Source: an uncultured virus (IMG/VR IMGVR_UViG_3300046336_000146)
Taxonomy: Duplodnaviria > Heunggongvirae > Uroviricota > Caudoviricetes
IMG/VR virus record: IMGVR_UViG_3300046336_000146
DNA length: 64,000 nucleotides
Reading direction: 5' to 3' (one strand)
Shown here piece by piece: positions 40,383-54,468 of this stretch. The number at the start of each line of letters is the position of its first letter. Positions within the stretch are counted from its first letter, which is position 1. The notes below the pieces were generated by a model. The model was given only the letters and a program-made list of their open reading frames with translations. It was not told the origin of the DNA and searched no databases. Both the position numbers and the translations under genes were made by a program.

Positions 40383-42470
40383 CAGTTGGCTTTGGGCTTA
40401 CTATAAAAGTAAAGGAGGCCTATTACAGGATAAGGAGGAATTCCTAAATAATTTCTACTTTATCCAGGAGCCTATTATGTTTGGTGGAGAGTTGGTAGGT
40501 TATCAAAGAACTCATAGAGACCTTAGAAACTTCTTTGAAGATATGGATGTTACTTTTGTTATAACTTCTCTTTGGGGTAAAGATGATAATTTTATAAAAG
40601 TAGTAAATTAATATAAATAATACATATATATGAAAAAAAATATTCAAACTTCAGTACAGTTCTGTCTTGGAGATGTACAGTTGAACTTATCTGTAACAGA
40701 TGATTTAAAAAAGCATGAGGGAGGTTTAAGAAATTACGGATATATTGAAATTAATGATGGGAGGACTATAGGGGCCGAATCAGTTTTTTTTGATGGCATA
40801 GATTTCTTTTTAAGATGCAATAAAAAAGTTTTTAAGAAAAAGTGTAAGAAGGAGTTACTAGTAGCTCAGTATGATTGGAAAGAGATTTATAAGATTATTA
40901 AAATTCTTTTAAAGCGCGCCAAAAAACTAAAAATAATAGAATAATGAACTTCTACTACGACCCAATACTAGGATTACAATATAACTTGTTACCAGGATTT
41001 TTTACTATAAATATAGATGTTTTTCAAAAACTAGACGCTGAGTACTTGATAAAGTTTATTGAAGAAACAGGTGTATTTCCTACAGAATCCTTTCCTGGTA
41101 AAGGCGTTGAATATATTTTTGAAATAACGAATTACAGACTATAAATTATGACAGCAGAAAAATACGCATTGGAGAACATGCAAGGGTGTGATTTACAAGA
41201 AATAGAAACTGCCTTAATAGGTTTTGCAGAAATGAAATGTAAAGAGCTTCTTGAAATTGTGGCGAAAAAAGCCAAAATAAGAGACGAAGATAATGACACA
41301 TATTACCAACCTCATATTTTTTATTGTAATGGGGATAGGTATAAAACTTGGGTAGATAAAGACAGCGTCTTAAACGCCGTGGATTTAAAAGAGTTTGTAA
41401 AATGAGATTTAGCGAAGCAGTAGAAAACAAAGTATTAAAAAGTCGTATAGTAGACCTTCTAGAATATACTTATGGATGGGAAGAGTTTAATCCCGTAATT
41501 CCTTCAGGAGCAGATACAGAAATAAAGTCTATAATTAAAGATGTTTTTAAACTACTCGAACAGGTAGATGAGAAAATGCAAGAATTAGGTAAGATAAATA
41601 AAGACAGTTTTGAATATTAGAAATGACAATAACTGAAAAAAGAATAGTAACACAATATTGGCATGAAGATAGTTATACCAAAAGAGGTTGGGATTCTCAT
41701 GGTTGGCGGTTTTTAGACGATGTAGGCTCTAGAGCTGAGGATTATGGATGGACTATAGTTGAGCACTTAGAATTAGATAAGTTTGGAAATCCTATTTTAG
41801 GAGTCGCGGAAAAAGAATTTATAAAAAATTAAAAATAAACACAATAATTAAAAATGACACTAGAACAACTATCTCACAACACATTCTACAAAATGGAAAA
41901 CTACAGTCAACTAACAATTGATTTAGTAGACGAAACAGAGCAGTTAATAACCTACGACGCAACAGTAGAAGAATACCTAGCCCTACATTATAACATACAG
42001 AACATCCTAGAAGTAATAGACAAAAGCCTGGTATTCGACTTAGAAGCTCTTCGTGCCCTAAAGAAAATAATAGAAGAAGAGATTAAAATCGCCGCAGAAG
42101 AATAAAAATAATTATAAATAAATACAACTATAAACAAATAAACACAAAAATTATGTACACACTAAGAAAGATTGTAAATGAAGTACAATCAAACACAAAT
42201 TTAGGTAACAGTTACCAACTAGTAGGGAGGGAACTAAATTACGATGAGTTTTCAAAAGCTTTTAGAGTATTTTTTGACTACCACCATGTAGCTGATTTAG
42301 AAACAGAGTCTGACAGTCATACAAGAAATTGTTACGCTTTCATAATATATAATGAGGGAAGTAGTTTATTACCCCTCTATAAAAATCAGTATAATTATGT
42401 AATGACTGAAAAAGGCACAACTTTTAGTAATTTAACTTATAAGGATAAAACTGGTATAGTTATAGACTAA
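40330..42470 (+). other. Cluster of small hypothetical ORFs (40330-40611, 40630-40944, 40944-41144, 41148-41405, 41402-41620, 41623-41832, 41854-42105, 42153-42470)
   Basis: Co-directional, overlapping or abutting ORFs with A-rich leaders. Confidence 0.55.
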
Positions 42471-42503
42471 CCTGACAATTAATATAAGTATGAATATAAA
42501 TAC

Positions 42504-42532
42504 GACCTCCTTAAATGGGGGTTTTGTTTTTT
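42504..42532 (+). terminator. Rho-independent terminator ending the plus-strand middle block
   Basis: gacctcc-ttaaatg-ggggtt followed by a T-run. Confidence 0.7.
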
Positions 42533-43272
42533 ATAGATTATGGCACACTTTAAATTCTACATTGAACAGCATACTCTAGAATTTACATCTTACGGTATAT
42601 CCTGGGGAAATTACATCTTACGGATCACTCTGTGGGTAGACTATAGGGAAAAGACCAGGGTCTTTCGTGAGAAACCCCCCACAAGCCCCCTATTTCCTTA
42701 GTCCAAAAAATCCTACAAAAATACTTTTCTAATTTTTCAAAACTTTTTGTAGTTTTATTCCTACCTTTGTTAGTGATCCAGTTTGCACTTATTTTAACAA
42801 ATTTATTCTTACATTCCTACATTATATTGATTTGTCGTTCTTTTCTTACTTTATTATCTTTATTTAGAATAAATATAAATTAAATCGGCTTTTTAAAAAT
42901 TTAACTAAAATAATTTGCATGATCAAAATATTAATTTTAAGGCACGAAAACGAATTTTTAATACTAGAGTACATTTATATATAAAATCTTTTACTATATC
43001 GCTTTATTTACGTTTTTAGGGTATTCTATTTTAGTAATAGGAACGCGCACGCACGTATACGAAAAAAATATTTAATATACAATAGAAAAAAAATTATTTT
43101 ATACTTTTTTATTTAAAACTTAATGCTATCTTTGTAGTGTTGAAAGAGTGAAGGAATACAAAAAATAAGAGTATAAAAATTTAACATTTTTTATTTGCGT
43201 ATTAAAAAATAAAATCCTTACTTTGCATCATCAGAATATAAAAATTGTAAACTAATTCTAAAATATTGTATT

Positions 43273-43701
43273 ATGAAAACAAGTGTAAAAAATTCAGTAG
43301 TAAAAAGCGAAGCGGTAAAAGTAGCAACGGCTACAAAGATAGCTACAAAAGCAAAAGTAAATACTAAAACGGTAGCAAGCAAGAAAGATTTACCTTTGAC
43401 AAAAGTTATAAGTAAAACCGATATTAAAAATAGTAGTCACAAAGTGTTAATGCAGGCTAACAAGGCATTTAAAGACAATAATTTATCTTTGTCGGGTGCA
43501 ATTAAAAACTATAAAAAGTTTGCTATTGAAAGCGGTTTAATGGATGATTTTGTTAATAGCGAATTAATAGAAAATTGTTTAACGTTTGATAACATTTTAG
43601 CGAACGTAAATACAAAATGTGTTGAAACAAAACGTTTTTCTTTGTGGTTTATAGGTTTGGCTGTAAACAAACAACTAAAAAAGCAAGGGGTTAAATTGTA
43701 A
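43273..43701 (+). CDS. Basic Lys/Ala-rich protein
   Basis: 142 aa, isolated in the non-coding region, preceded by a promoter-like TTGCG..TACTTTGC (43195-43226). Confidence 0.6.
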   Translation: MKTSVKNSVVKSEAVKVATATKIATKAKVNTKTVASKKDLPLTKVISKTDIKNSSHKVLMQANKAFKDNNLSLSGAIKNYKKFAIESGLMDDFVNSELIENCLTFDNILANVNTKCVETKRFSLWFIGLAVNKQLKKQGVKL

Positions 43702-43709
43702 TCCCTTAT

Positions 43710-44330
43710 AACTAGTGCAAAGATTAACTTTGCATACCTTTGTAAAATTGCAATACCGTGACGAGGTGCGAAGGCTTTAAACTAAATTTGCAATAAATAG
43801 TAATATATTGTTATTACTTTGGTTAATAGTACGTTATAACTTTATTTTAAGTTAGTATTATTAACTCGTTATTTGACTTAATGTATTTTATAGTAAGGTA
43901 GGAAGACAAGTCTTTGCCCTTGTGAGTTTACAGTTTTGACGCTTTTTTGCGCCGTTAAAAAACTATAAACGTAGAAACGATATACTATAAAAATACTGAT
44001 GATAATCTTAATTAGTGGATAGGATATAACTATACATTTAAGGATGCGTTTTGACCAAGCCAAAAAAATAGTAATAGTAAAGCGTTACGGCTTGCAGTAT
44101 CTATGTATAGGACTATTATAACTTTTCAGTACGTGTACTGTTTCAAGTTAGTCACTAATTAAGTCGCGCCAAAGCGGGCGCGTTTAATACGTGTTTATAT
44201 AAAACAACTATATAGACTAGTTTGTCTGTTAACCTTTGGGCGAAACTCCCTTAAATAACAGTCTGTTTGCCGTTGGAAAGCTAATGACTTGCATTGTGTA
44301 TCGAGTACACAAACGGCGCGAATAAAAATT
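43710..44330 (+). ncRNA. Candidate structured non-coding RNA/DNA element
   Basis: No credible ORF; successive stem-loops at 43716-43734, 43822-43865, 44158-44188, 44193-44217 and 44226-44261. Confidence 0.3.
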
Positions 44331-44683
44331 AAAAACAGAATAAAAATGGAATACATATTTATAACTAGCATAACATCCTTAATAGGACATGCATACTATA
44401 CAAAGGATAAAGATAAGTTTAACAATACAGACAAAATAATCTTATGGATACTTTGTACTGTATTAGTAAGTAGTGCATTAATAACCCTATTCGATATAAA
44501 ATAAAAATTAAAATCTTATGAAAAATAGTGTATTCATTGTAGCAATTCTAATAGGCTACGTAGTTATGTGCTACGGCATAGTGTTTAAACAAGTAATCTT
44601 GTTTGGGGTAGGGGAACTCTTTATATTGGTAGTATTCGGTTTATATGCGATTTTAAATCGCTGTAACAAAGAGTAAAACCCAG

Positions 44684-44780
44684 TTTATTGCATTATTCTT
44701 AGTTTTCTTTTATTTTCCCCTAGAGCCGATACAAACGATTCGCAATGAAAAGGGTATTTTAATAAGAATAATGCAATAAA
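44684..44780. repeat. 18-bp perfect inverted repeat with 61-bp spacer
   Basis: tttattgcattattctta (44684-44701) and taagaataatgcaataaa (44763-44780). Confidence 0.85.
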
Positions 44781-44841
44781 TGTATGAAGGTGAGTTGTGT
44801 GGAACAAGTAGCGTGGAACGTTTGTTGTATGTTGTGTTGAT

Positions 44842-44857
44842 TGTTCCACGTGAAACA
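44842..44857. promoter_or_regulatory. parS site (chromosomal ParB consensus)
   Basis: TGTTCCACGTGAAACA matches TGTTNCACGTGAAACA; half-sites GTGGAAC at 44799 and 44813. Confidence 0.75.
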
Positions 44858-45178
44858 ATTGTAAGGGGGATTTAAAAAAGTCAATGTTTACGGGGGTCTA
44901 TAAGGGTAGACACCCCCCACCCACTTATACTACCAACTATCAAAACTAATTTTTCACACCTCTAAAACCTTATATAATCCCCAAAATTCCTAATTTTTTA
45001 CTAATTTGTGACCAACATATCACAGCTATAAACTATTGTTAAAGAAAAAACATAAACTTATAAATTATAAACTATATTATTATGATACTATCCTTTAAAT
45101 TTTCGAGACTACATAAATTAGAGTTAATCACTATATTCTTATTTGTTGTTAGTGTGTTAAGTGTAATGCATATATTAG

Positions 45179-48100
45179 GTGCTGATTTTAGTTAAAAAAT
45201 ATTATATTATTATGAAAAAAGATTTATTAGTGGAGGTATTAAACAGTTTTAATCCTACTATGGTTGAATGTATCTTAGATACTTATCATTTCTCTTTACA
45301 GTGTCAATCTTTACTGTTATTGTTTGAAGAGTATTTAGAATCTCTTATGGATAGTAGACAATATGATTTGGCTGTTGAAACTATTTCTAAAGTCTTTGAT
45401 TTTAGTTTTGTGGCGGCGTTTTTAAAGAACGACTACCATTTTCAAGACGATACGGACACTAGAGACATTTATACTATCACTTTAAAACGTGGTAGCCGTT
45501 CATACAGTTTTAAGTATGGGCAAAGTATCGTAAACAGTTCTCACTACTTAGATAATAAATCTAAGCTTGAATTTACTTTAAATGGTAAGGGTATAGGTAA
45601 TACATACTCTATTGGTAAAGCTTATTTAGAACGTAATGTAGGCAAAGGTAGTTTTTATCTTTATTCTCTTATAGCGGGCAAAAAACCTAGTCTGTATAAT
45701 GTACTTACTTGCTTGCAAAAGTATGAGGTAGGCACCTTTGAAGACTTCTGTAGTGAATTTGGTTATGATACAGACTCACGCCGAGCAAAGAAAACTTACA
45801 AGGCAGTAAGTAAAGAATATCAAAGTATGTGCGGATTATTCAGTAATGAAGAGTTAGCGTGTATAAGTATAATTCAGTAAAAATAAAAGCCTACTATAAA
45901 CGAGAGTATAGTAACGCATAAGTTATGAATATAAAAGATTATATCAGTAAAGTAAAGCTAACATATAATAATAAAAGCTATGTAGCTGAAGTCTTAGTAA
46001 GACGAAAAGTAATAGTGTTTAATGTAGATGATATGAATCTAATAAAGGCTATTCAAAACAGACAACAAAAAGTAGGTTTAACTGAGCGTACAGCATATAG
46101 TATTATATTTGAGCGCGCCAAAAAATTATATAACCAACAAAACACAAAGTTATGAAAGCAAAAATTAATACCAATTTATTTCCTATTATAGACGTAGGAA
46201 TGTATGATAGTGTTTTAAGTCCCGACAGTATGTTTTGTAATATACTGTACGATATGGAAGAGTTGAATGTAGACCCTAAATACTTTTGGGACAACTTCTC
46301 TATGCAAGACTATGTTAAGGAAGTAGAACGCCAAGCACAAGTCTTTTTTAAAGGTGAAGTGTATGAAGTGGAAGGTATGAAGTTTAAGATAGAAGCGGGC
46401 GAAATTTACAGTCCTAAATACTATAACTTTGCAACAGATGAGATTGATTTAACCGTAGAGTTTAATAAAAGACACGTCTTAAAGTTTGCCAAGGATAACC
46501 AAGAGGGTTTTAATATCTATCTTAAAGAGCATTACTCTAGTTATGACGGTTTTATTTCTCACACGGCTAATAACTATCCCGAATGGTTAGAAGACTTTAA
46601 AAACAATAACAGTCAAGCTATTGGGGCAGTATTAACTTATATCTTTACAGTAGCGGACGAACTAGACGACATAAGAGAAGACTTTTATGAGCAATGTCAA
46701 TCAAACATATACTCTTCTGAGTTTTGTGATTGGTCGGCTTATGATGAGGAAGTAAAGGTAATAGAAGAGTATGTACAAGAAAATTATCTTACAATCGATG
46801 TAGATGCTTTTTATATTGATTACGAGTTTGAGCATATAGATAATGTAAGAGAAAAAGTTTTGGAAGTGTATAATAGTATCACTAATCAGTCTGGTAATTT
46901 GTTCAACTAAAAAATAAAACTATGTTACAGTATATCTTAAGAGAAAGAGTGTTAACCGATGATGTGTTAACACTAGCCGAATCAGGAAAGGTTTTTAAAG
47001 GTGGCTATATTGGGTATGTAGAATATCACACTTTTAGAAATGCTTGGAGTGATGATAAACACGTTAAAAGATTTAGAACGGAAACATCTTTACGTAAATA
47101 TTTAGATAAAAATTATACTATAGAAGAGGTGCAAGATTTAGATTTTTATGGCAGTTGTTTAGAACCTATTAATTAAGTAACATGGAAACAATTCAAGACT
47201 ACTTACAAGACAATGAAAGGGTAGAGATATATAATTCACACTATATATTCTACAATATGGATACAAATCAAGAAGCACATTTTGACACACTGACCGAGTT
47301 AGTAACATTCTTAAAAAACAAATAAAAGAAATCACCATGAAACTAAAACATATTATTGAAGCTATCCATGAGATGGACAGTTCAGAGTTAATCGACTTGA
47401 ACAACATTTATTGTCAAGAGAATAATATAGAAGGAGAAGTTTGGCACAACGACGAAGAATTCTTTGAAGTATTCTTTAGCAACACTAAGCCGTTAGACTT
47501 ACTAAGAAGCGCTCATTGCGGGGAATATACTCCAAATGACAACTACGTAAAGTTTAACGGTTATGGTAACTTAGAATCATTTGACTACTTTGAAGTTAAA
47601 GATTTAGAAGACTTTCCCGAAGTGATTGCCGAGCATATCAAAGAAAATCCAAGAGATTACGAACATTTATTTAACTTTTAATCTTATGGAAAAAAGAAAC
47701 GCAAGTGTAGGTATGGTGTATTTGTACACCATACTTATCTTCTCAATAGTGTACTATATAATTTGGAACCTTTAGTAGTTTAGTTATGAAAATATACACA
47801 CCCGTAAAATTAGACTTGATACGTCTAACAATAAAAGACGAAAAAGAAACAAAGTATCTTAACTTAATAGATACTACTCACGAAGAGGCTATTAAGTTTT
47901 GTATTAATACTTTTAGTAGTAATATGTTTAAGTCAAATGAAAATAAAGTAACTATAGACTTAAGGCGTTGTATTGGTTCAGAGAACTTAAAATCACAACG
48001 AGTTACTTTGTTTGGAACTACAGCCGACAACGTGGTAAAAAAACTAGAAAAAATAATAGGATATTAAAAAGTATTTTGTATATTTGTTCAATAATAAATA

Positions 48101-51100
48101 ACATTTAAAACTCATTGCCATGCTTAATAAAATCAACACAAAGATAGTTGACTTAGTAAAAGAACTAGAAGCTATATCAGAGAACGGTTTAGATTTCGAA
48201 ACAAGAAATGGTTATATTGTAGCCAACATTAAATGCTACGAATGGATTGACCAAACCGACGTCCTTAAAATTTGCAAAGATAATAATTACTCTGAAAAGG
48301 TAACTAAAAAAATCTTAAGGGAGTTCAACCAAGACCGCTTATCTAACATACAAAATCACCTCAATGAAATGGAGGTATCTTACTTAAAAGATAAGTATGA
48401 AGCTAATGTTGACATTTCTGATATAGACGATGTTATTAAGGTACATCGCTTGGTGCATAACTATGGGTACTCAAAAGAAGTGGCTATTGAAAGAAACCCC
48501 AATATAAAGTTCTATATCGGTTCCTATTGGGATAGTGCGGTTGAATACCCTTCTATTGAAGCGTTCCAAGATTTTATTAAGCAGAAAAGTCCTTACGATT
48601 GGGAAGAGTTCTACAAACGAAAAAACATAGAGTTTAAATGTTATCAGTTAGGCAGAAGTGGAGGTTGGTTTTCTATATGCCACGAAGACTCTATTGAAAC
48701 AGATATTTTAGCAAATTACTTTGGGTACAGTTTTTCCGATGATTTAGTAGGCGCTGAAAATGATAAAGATTTCAATGAGGCAATCAATATGTACCTAGAA
48801 AAAGAGACTAAGAACGACCTTATTAGAAACTTAAAGAGGCACAAAAAAGACTTTGAAACAACTGTAAGCAACATTCAAAGTATTATTGATGAGATAGAAG
48901 GTGGTAAAAAATACTACAAAGAAAACCTTCTTAACCAACTATGGGAAGAGATACAGTATTTTGTACACACAAATTTAAAGGATACTAACGTAACTATTAG
49001 AATTGATGGAGACAAGGTAAGAACTTCTTTAGGTGTGTCTGTACACTTAGAAGATCTCAAGGCAGCCTTTAAACTGTTATTACCTAAGGTTGAAGCGTTG
49101 AGTAAAGGTGGCAGACGATTTAAGAGTAGATTATACAGAAGTAATTTATAAAGACGAATCATACTTATGCATGCCTTAAAACTAGCAGACTATCCAATAA
49201 TAAAACTTTGGAGAAGAGAAACCATAATTGATTGGTTAGCATGGAACGACAGAAACGGCGTTTACACAGACAAAGATTGTAAAGCTGAAGGTATGAAGCC
49301 TCTTTCAAAAAAGGAGGCTCTACAAACGATAAAACAAATACTTGAAGACAATGAGTAATAGTATAAAAGATAAGAGAGTTTTTAAGATAGCTTTATTCAA
49401 TGGTTGTCCAATTTGGGGCAGACTTAAGTTTAAAGACAATAAAGGGTACTTAAAATATTATGATACTTACGGAGAAATTACGGTTGATTTAGATAATTAT
49501 AATAAGTTGATTATTGAATCTATTATTAATCAAGCGGAGGTTATTTGTTTAATGAAACATTCTACTTTGTGGAGTTTTTAAAGATAAAATATAATGAAAA
49601 CACCTATTGATAAATTAAGAATTATAGTTAATTGGGCGAATTACCAAAACGAAGGTTTTAATGATAGATTTAAAAGTATTTCAGATATTGAAAAGGCTTA
49701 TGACTATTGTGTAGAAAACGACATTGAATTTTTAGACGAGTTACAACATTATTTAGATAAAGAAGAACGTTTGAAAATAGTTAATGATTTGAAAGGTATT
49801 TTAGATTATCCTATTTTTTAGGCGCGGAAAATAGATTTATAAAACATTAAAGTGAAAATATTATGAAATCAATAAGAAATGCACAAAACGAATTAAACAA
49901 CCTTAAAAACGATGTTATAGGATTGTTTAAAATGAAAAATTCAAATGTTTTTGAATTGGTTGTCAATTGTCAAGAAACTAACCAAACAATCGATGTTATT
50001 AGAATAACACAATTTGCAGTAATTCAGATAGAATATAATTTACCTACTCACTTCGGGAGATTGCATTTGTTTCCAAAAAATAAAAATATGAATCAAATGT
50101 TAGATGACCCTTTTGAGTGGCAAGCATTTATTAATCAATTTAATTAGATAGAGTTATGAAAACACAAGTATTAAAACAGTTTAAAGAAAGAGTACGTAAT
50201 CTTAATAAAGTACTATCTAAAATTATAGTAGTTTGGGACAATCCTCAGTATGAAGTTATTAGTGTACTGTTACAAAATCTAGGTTTTGATAGTACAGAAT
50301 GTGTAGGTTATTCTAATAAAAAAGATGTTGAAAGATGCGAGGACATTATAAAAGCATTAAGAGAAATAAAAGATTTTGACGGACACCATTTAATTAAATG
50401 GATTTTTACTGAAGTTGATAGCTATTATACGGCTTATTCTTTTGAAGATTAATTTTTCGCGGAAAATAAAACTTAAAACATAACACTATGAATTTTTTAA
50501 CAGACAATAAAAGACTTTTAAAAGAAGAAAATACAAGTAAGTATTTAGATAGATTAAGACAACAGTATGAATCAATTAGTAAGAAACAGACTGTAGACAG
50601 TTGGAGTACCAATATAATGCACTATACTGCTATGCGTTTATTCTGTTTAGATTGTGAATTAGTTTCTCTTGTTGATATTGAGTCAATGGAATATGAAGTT
50701 AATAGTGAATTAAATCAGTCTTTTTAATTCTTTTTGCGCCGAAAATAAACTTAAAACAAAACGATTATGAATTTATTAGTATTTAGTTTAGAACGAAATT
50801 TTTGTGACACTATAAAATTAGTAGCAAACAACGAAGTAGATTTAGAAAAGCATCTACTTGATTTAGGATTTACAAATATTGAATTTTCAGATTTAAGAAC
50901 CGATTATGGAACTTGTAGTTTGAAAGACCAATACGGAAGAGAAACTGCAAAATGTTTTTATGTAACTAAAATTTAAAATCATGACAGTACACGAATTAAA
51001 CCAAGACCAACTAGAGCAATTAAAATTTGCTTATTTGTATGACGAATCAAATGATTATGAAAGTCATTTAGACATACCGAATGAAGTTGTCTTCAAGTAT

Positions 51101-54100
51101 TATGCAGATGTTTATTTTATAGATGAGGATTTTAGTTAAGTAGGACATTGTAAAGTATTAAAAACAAAACAGTTATGAAAACATTTGAAGATTATCAAGA
51201 TGAGATGAATCCTTGTTATAAAAATAACGAAGCTTTTAAAAGTAAAAGTGGCGAAGTCTGTTACATACCTGAAAATGCAGAGTCTTTAGAAGAAGCATTT
51301 ACTTATTCAGATTTAAAAAATGAAGTCGTATGTTGGTTGCAAAATAACCAGAATTATTTAACAGAACACGAAACAACCTTGGAAGACATTTTAATTAATA
51401 TGTTTGTGTCTTTATCTTGGGAATTTCCAAGTACATTTTTAGACAGCTTAGATTATTGAAATTAAACATTACAACTATGAGAACAATAGAAATAGAAGAG
51501 GCTAAAACGACCCACGAAAAATTAAGAGATATTTTAATTAAATATGGTTCAGAAGAGTATGGAGATTGTATTGTAGACGAAATAAGTTGGTTATTCAACT
51601 ACCCTACAACAATAGATATTAACCCTGAAGGGGAGTTTGTAAATGATGGCAATGATTATCAATTATTTGATTATGTATTTCACTCTTTCAATACAGAGGA
51701 GGGACTTACAAGCATTGAAGTAAGAAATTTTGAAGGCACTTTAATTGGAGAAATTGCTTGGCTTGAAATTCCTGATGAAAATGAAGATGTTTACACTATT
51801 ATAAATTTTGAGAAGGCTTTAAAAGATTGGTTAAAAGAAAACGAATTTTAATAATACATAGTTTTAAATTAGACAATATGAAATTCAAAAAGAAAAATGT
51901 CAAACTTTTCGTTTTAGTTGCAACAATTGGATTATTTATTCTTACTTTTGTAGCGGCAGTGTATATTTTTGGAGATATATCTCAAGAAATAAAGAACGAA
52001 CCTTTTGAATATCCAAAGGAGAATCCAATGGAACCTAAACCTTTAGTAAAATAAAAATTATTATGGAAAAATATATTCTAAGTTTCTTAGTAGAAACAGA
52101 ATCGGACACAGATTACAGAACAATTGCTATTTTTGACGATTTAAAAACGGCAACAAAAGAGTTTAAAAAAGAAGTTAAAGTTTCACCAAGATATCGTCAA
52201 TCAGACGAAAATGATTTTAGAGAATATCTAAATGAGTCAGTTATTTTAGAGTTATATGAAGGTGATGATATTGATAACTTAGACCACGAAGAGACCTTAA
52301 TGCAAGAAGTGATATATTCCGAGGGTGTTATTGATAGAATGAATTGGAAAGGTAACTACCCAGTGAATTTCTACTCAAGAGCTACTTTTAATGGCAAGGA
52401 GTTAATGCACGAAATGTACTTTCAAGGAAAGAAAGAAATGTGGGGTAAAAAGCATAAAGTACCTCACAGCAAATTACAAGATTGGTATTATAGATAAGAT
52501 AAACTTTTTTAAAATTAAATTAAAATGGAAAATATAGAACAATTAATAATAGACCAAGCAAATTATCTTTGTAGTAGAGCTTTTATGGATTCCCCTGACT
52601 ACGATAAAGAAAATCCTTTTACAACTTTAGAAGAAGCACTAACGGTCATTATATGGGACATTTTACAATTAGAGTGTGATAGTTCAGAAGTATATGATTT
52701 TATAGCAAGTAAATTAAAGTAGAAGATGGAAACAAAAATAAAAATTGGCAAAGTAACCGATAATAGTTATTTGACCGAAAATCATTTAGACGAAACAGAA
52801 ATAAAAGCCGTAATCTTTATTGAGAATGATTACTGGATTTTCATAACAGACAATCCAAAAGGTATATTTCGTTTTGATGACGGGTATAATACCAATTATA
52901 CAAATGATTACCAAGACGCAATGTTAATGTTGCATCAATTCCAATTAGAAAATTTTAATATTTAATATAAAAAGTCATGAGTAAACAAGAAGAAATTGCA
53001 AAAGCAAAAGAAGTATTAAGAAAACACGGTTATTACACAGATAACCTGTGGAACATAGAAGATGTTCAAACTAATTATGTTTGTTCTGATGAGGAAGCTT
53101 ATGAAATATTAGACGAAGCGTTAAATAATGAAGCTACAATGGAACAGATTTGGCTTGTTATCAATATGTGTGCAGAAGAAGCGGAATTAACAGAAACTGC
53201 AGAACATTAAAAAGTAAGCAATTATGGAGAGTATTGAAATTTTAGGAAAATTTAACCAAAGATTTGATGAAACTATTGTGGAAGACACTTTGACTCAAAT
53301 AGATAATTTAATTGAAGATACTATGACACCACAACCACTACCAAGTGAAAATACAATGATAGCACAACCTTTAGTAAAATAATTATGAAAACACATAAAT
53401 AATTTTGTGTTTAGTTTTTATCTACGCCTAAAAAATAGTACAACAATATTAAAAAATAAACAATATGTTAGGATTTTTAGAAAGCCCAAAAAATAAAAAA
53501 CAGAGTTTTATAGAGTATTCAATTATTACAGATAATGATGAATTACATACAGAAAACCTTAGTGAAGCACAAGACTATTTTGACAGTTTAAGTAAAAATG
53601 AAAAGAAAAGTTGTCAGTATTTTAGTAAAAGATATATTAGAATAGACGGAGAATGGCTGGAAGACGAAGTAATAATTTTAAAATAATAAAACTATGAAAA
53701 CACAAATTACAGATTTAGATTTTTATCAGCAGGACACTATTCTATAGTATACAGAAGTCCAATAACAGGCAAAGAGTGGTCTAAGCTTGTTACAGATATG
53801 CCAATTGTAGACGAGTTTAAAGGAACAGAAACACAAGACCATACACAAGTTAGATTGAATTGGTTAAAACGCCACGTAAAAAACTAAAAGATATGAAAAA
53901 GTCAGACCTAAAAAAGTTAGTAAAGCACGCTTACGATATGAAGGCAAAAACAGATAACACAGAAGTTATTTTTCAAGTTTATTGCCAAAGCTTGTATATA
54001 TTAGATACCGAAGAAGATAATGTTATAGTAACTACCGACACAGAAAAAGAAGCTACTGAGTTAATCGAAGGTATGAAGCAAGAAGGCTGTAACGATTTAT

Positions 54101-54466
54101 ATTACAAACCTATTCTAATTGATGCAGATAGTGGCGTTAGGGTAACAAGACAAAACTTTAAGTATTATGATTTAGAGTCTGAATTTGTAAAAGAATTACG
54201 CAAAACATTAGAAGAGTATAACACCTTTACTCACGGAAATTAAAAATATAAAAGGTTATGGTATGGCAATAAAATTTCAAAGAGCTTTAATTCCAATTAG
54301 TTATTGGAGAGCAGTAAATAATCCATTATCAATTAGGATAAGAGTTGGAAAACCTTATTACGACAGTTATAAGTATTTCTTATGGTCTTGGGCAGAGTTT
54401 TCAAAAGCAAAAACAAAGCGCAGAAAAGCAAATAAATTGGCGCGAATAAAAATTAAAAATAAATAG
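45179..54466 (+). other. Dense array of about 30 small hypothetical early-type ORFs
   Basis: All plus strand, 60-343 aa, often acidic, TTATG/CTATG starts; no recognisable families. Confidence 0.6.
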
Positions 54467-54468
54467 TT

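Noticed and set aside
42471..45178. tRNA genes in the non-coding region
   Set aside because: No cloverleaf with a T-loop GTTCRA signature found by eye; tRNAscan-SE would settle it
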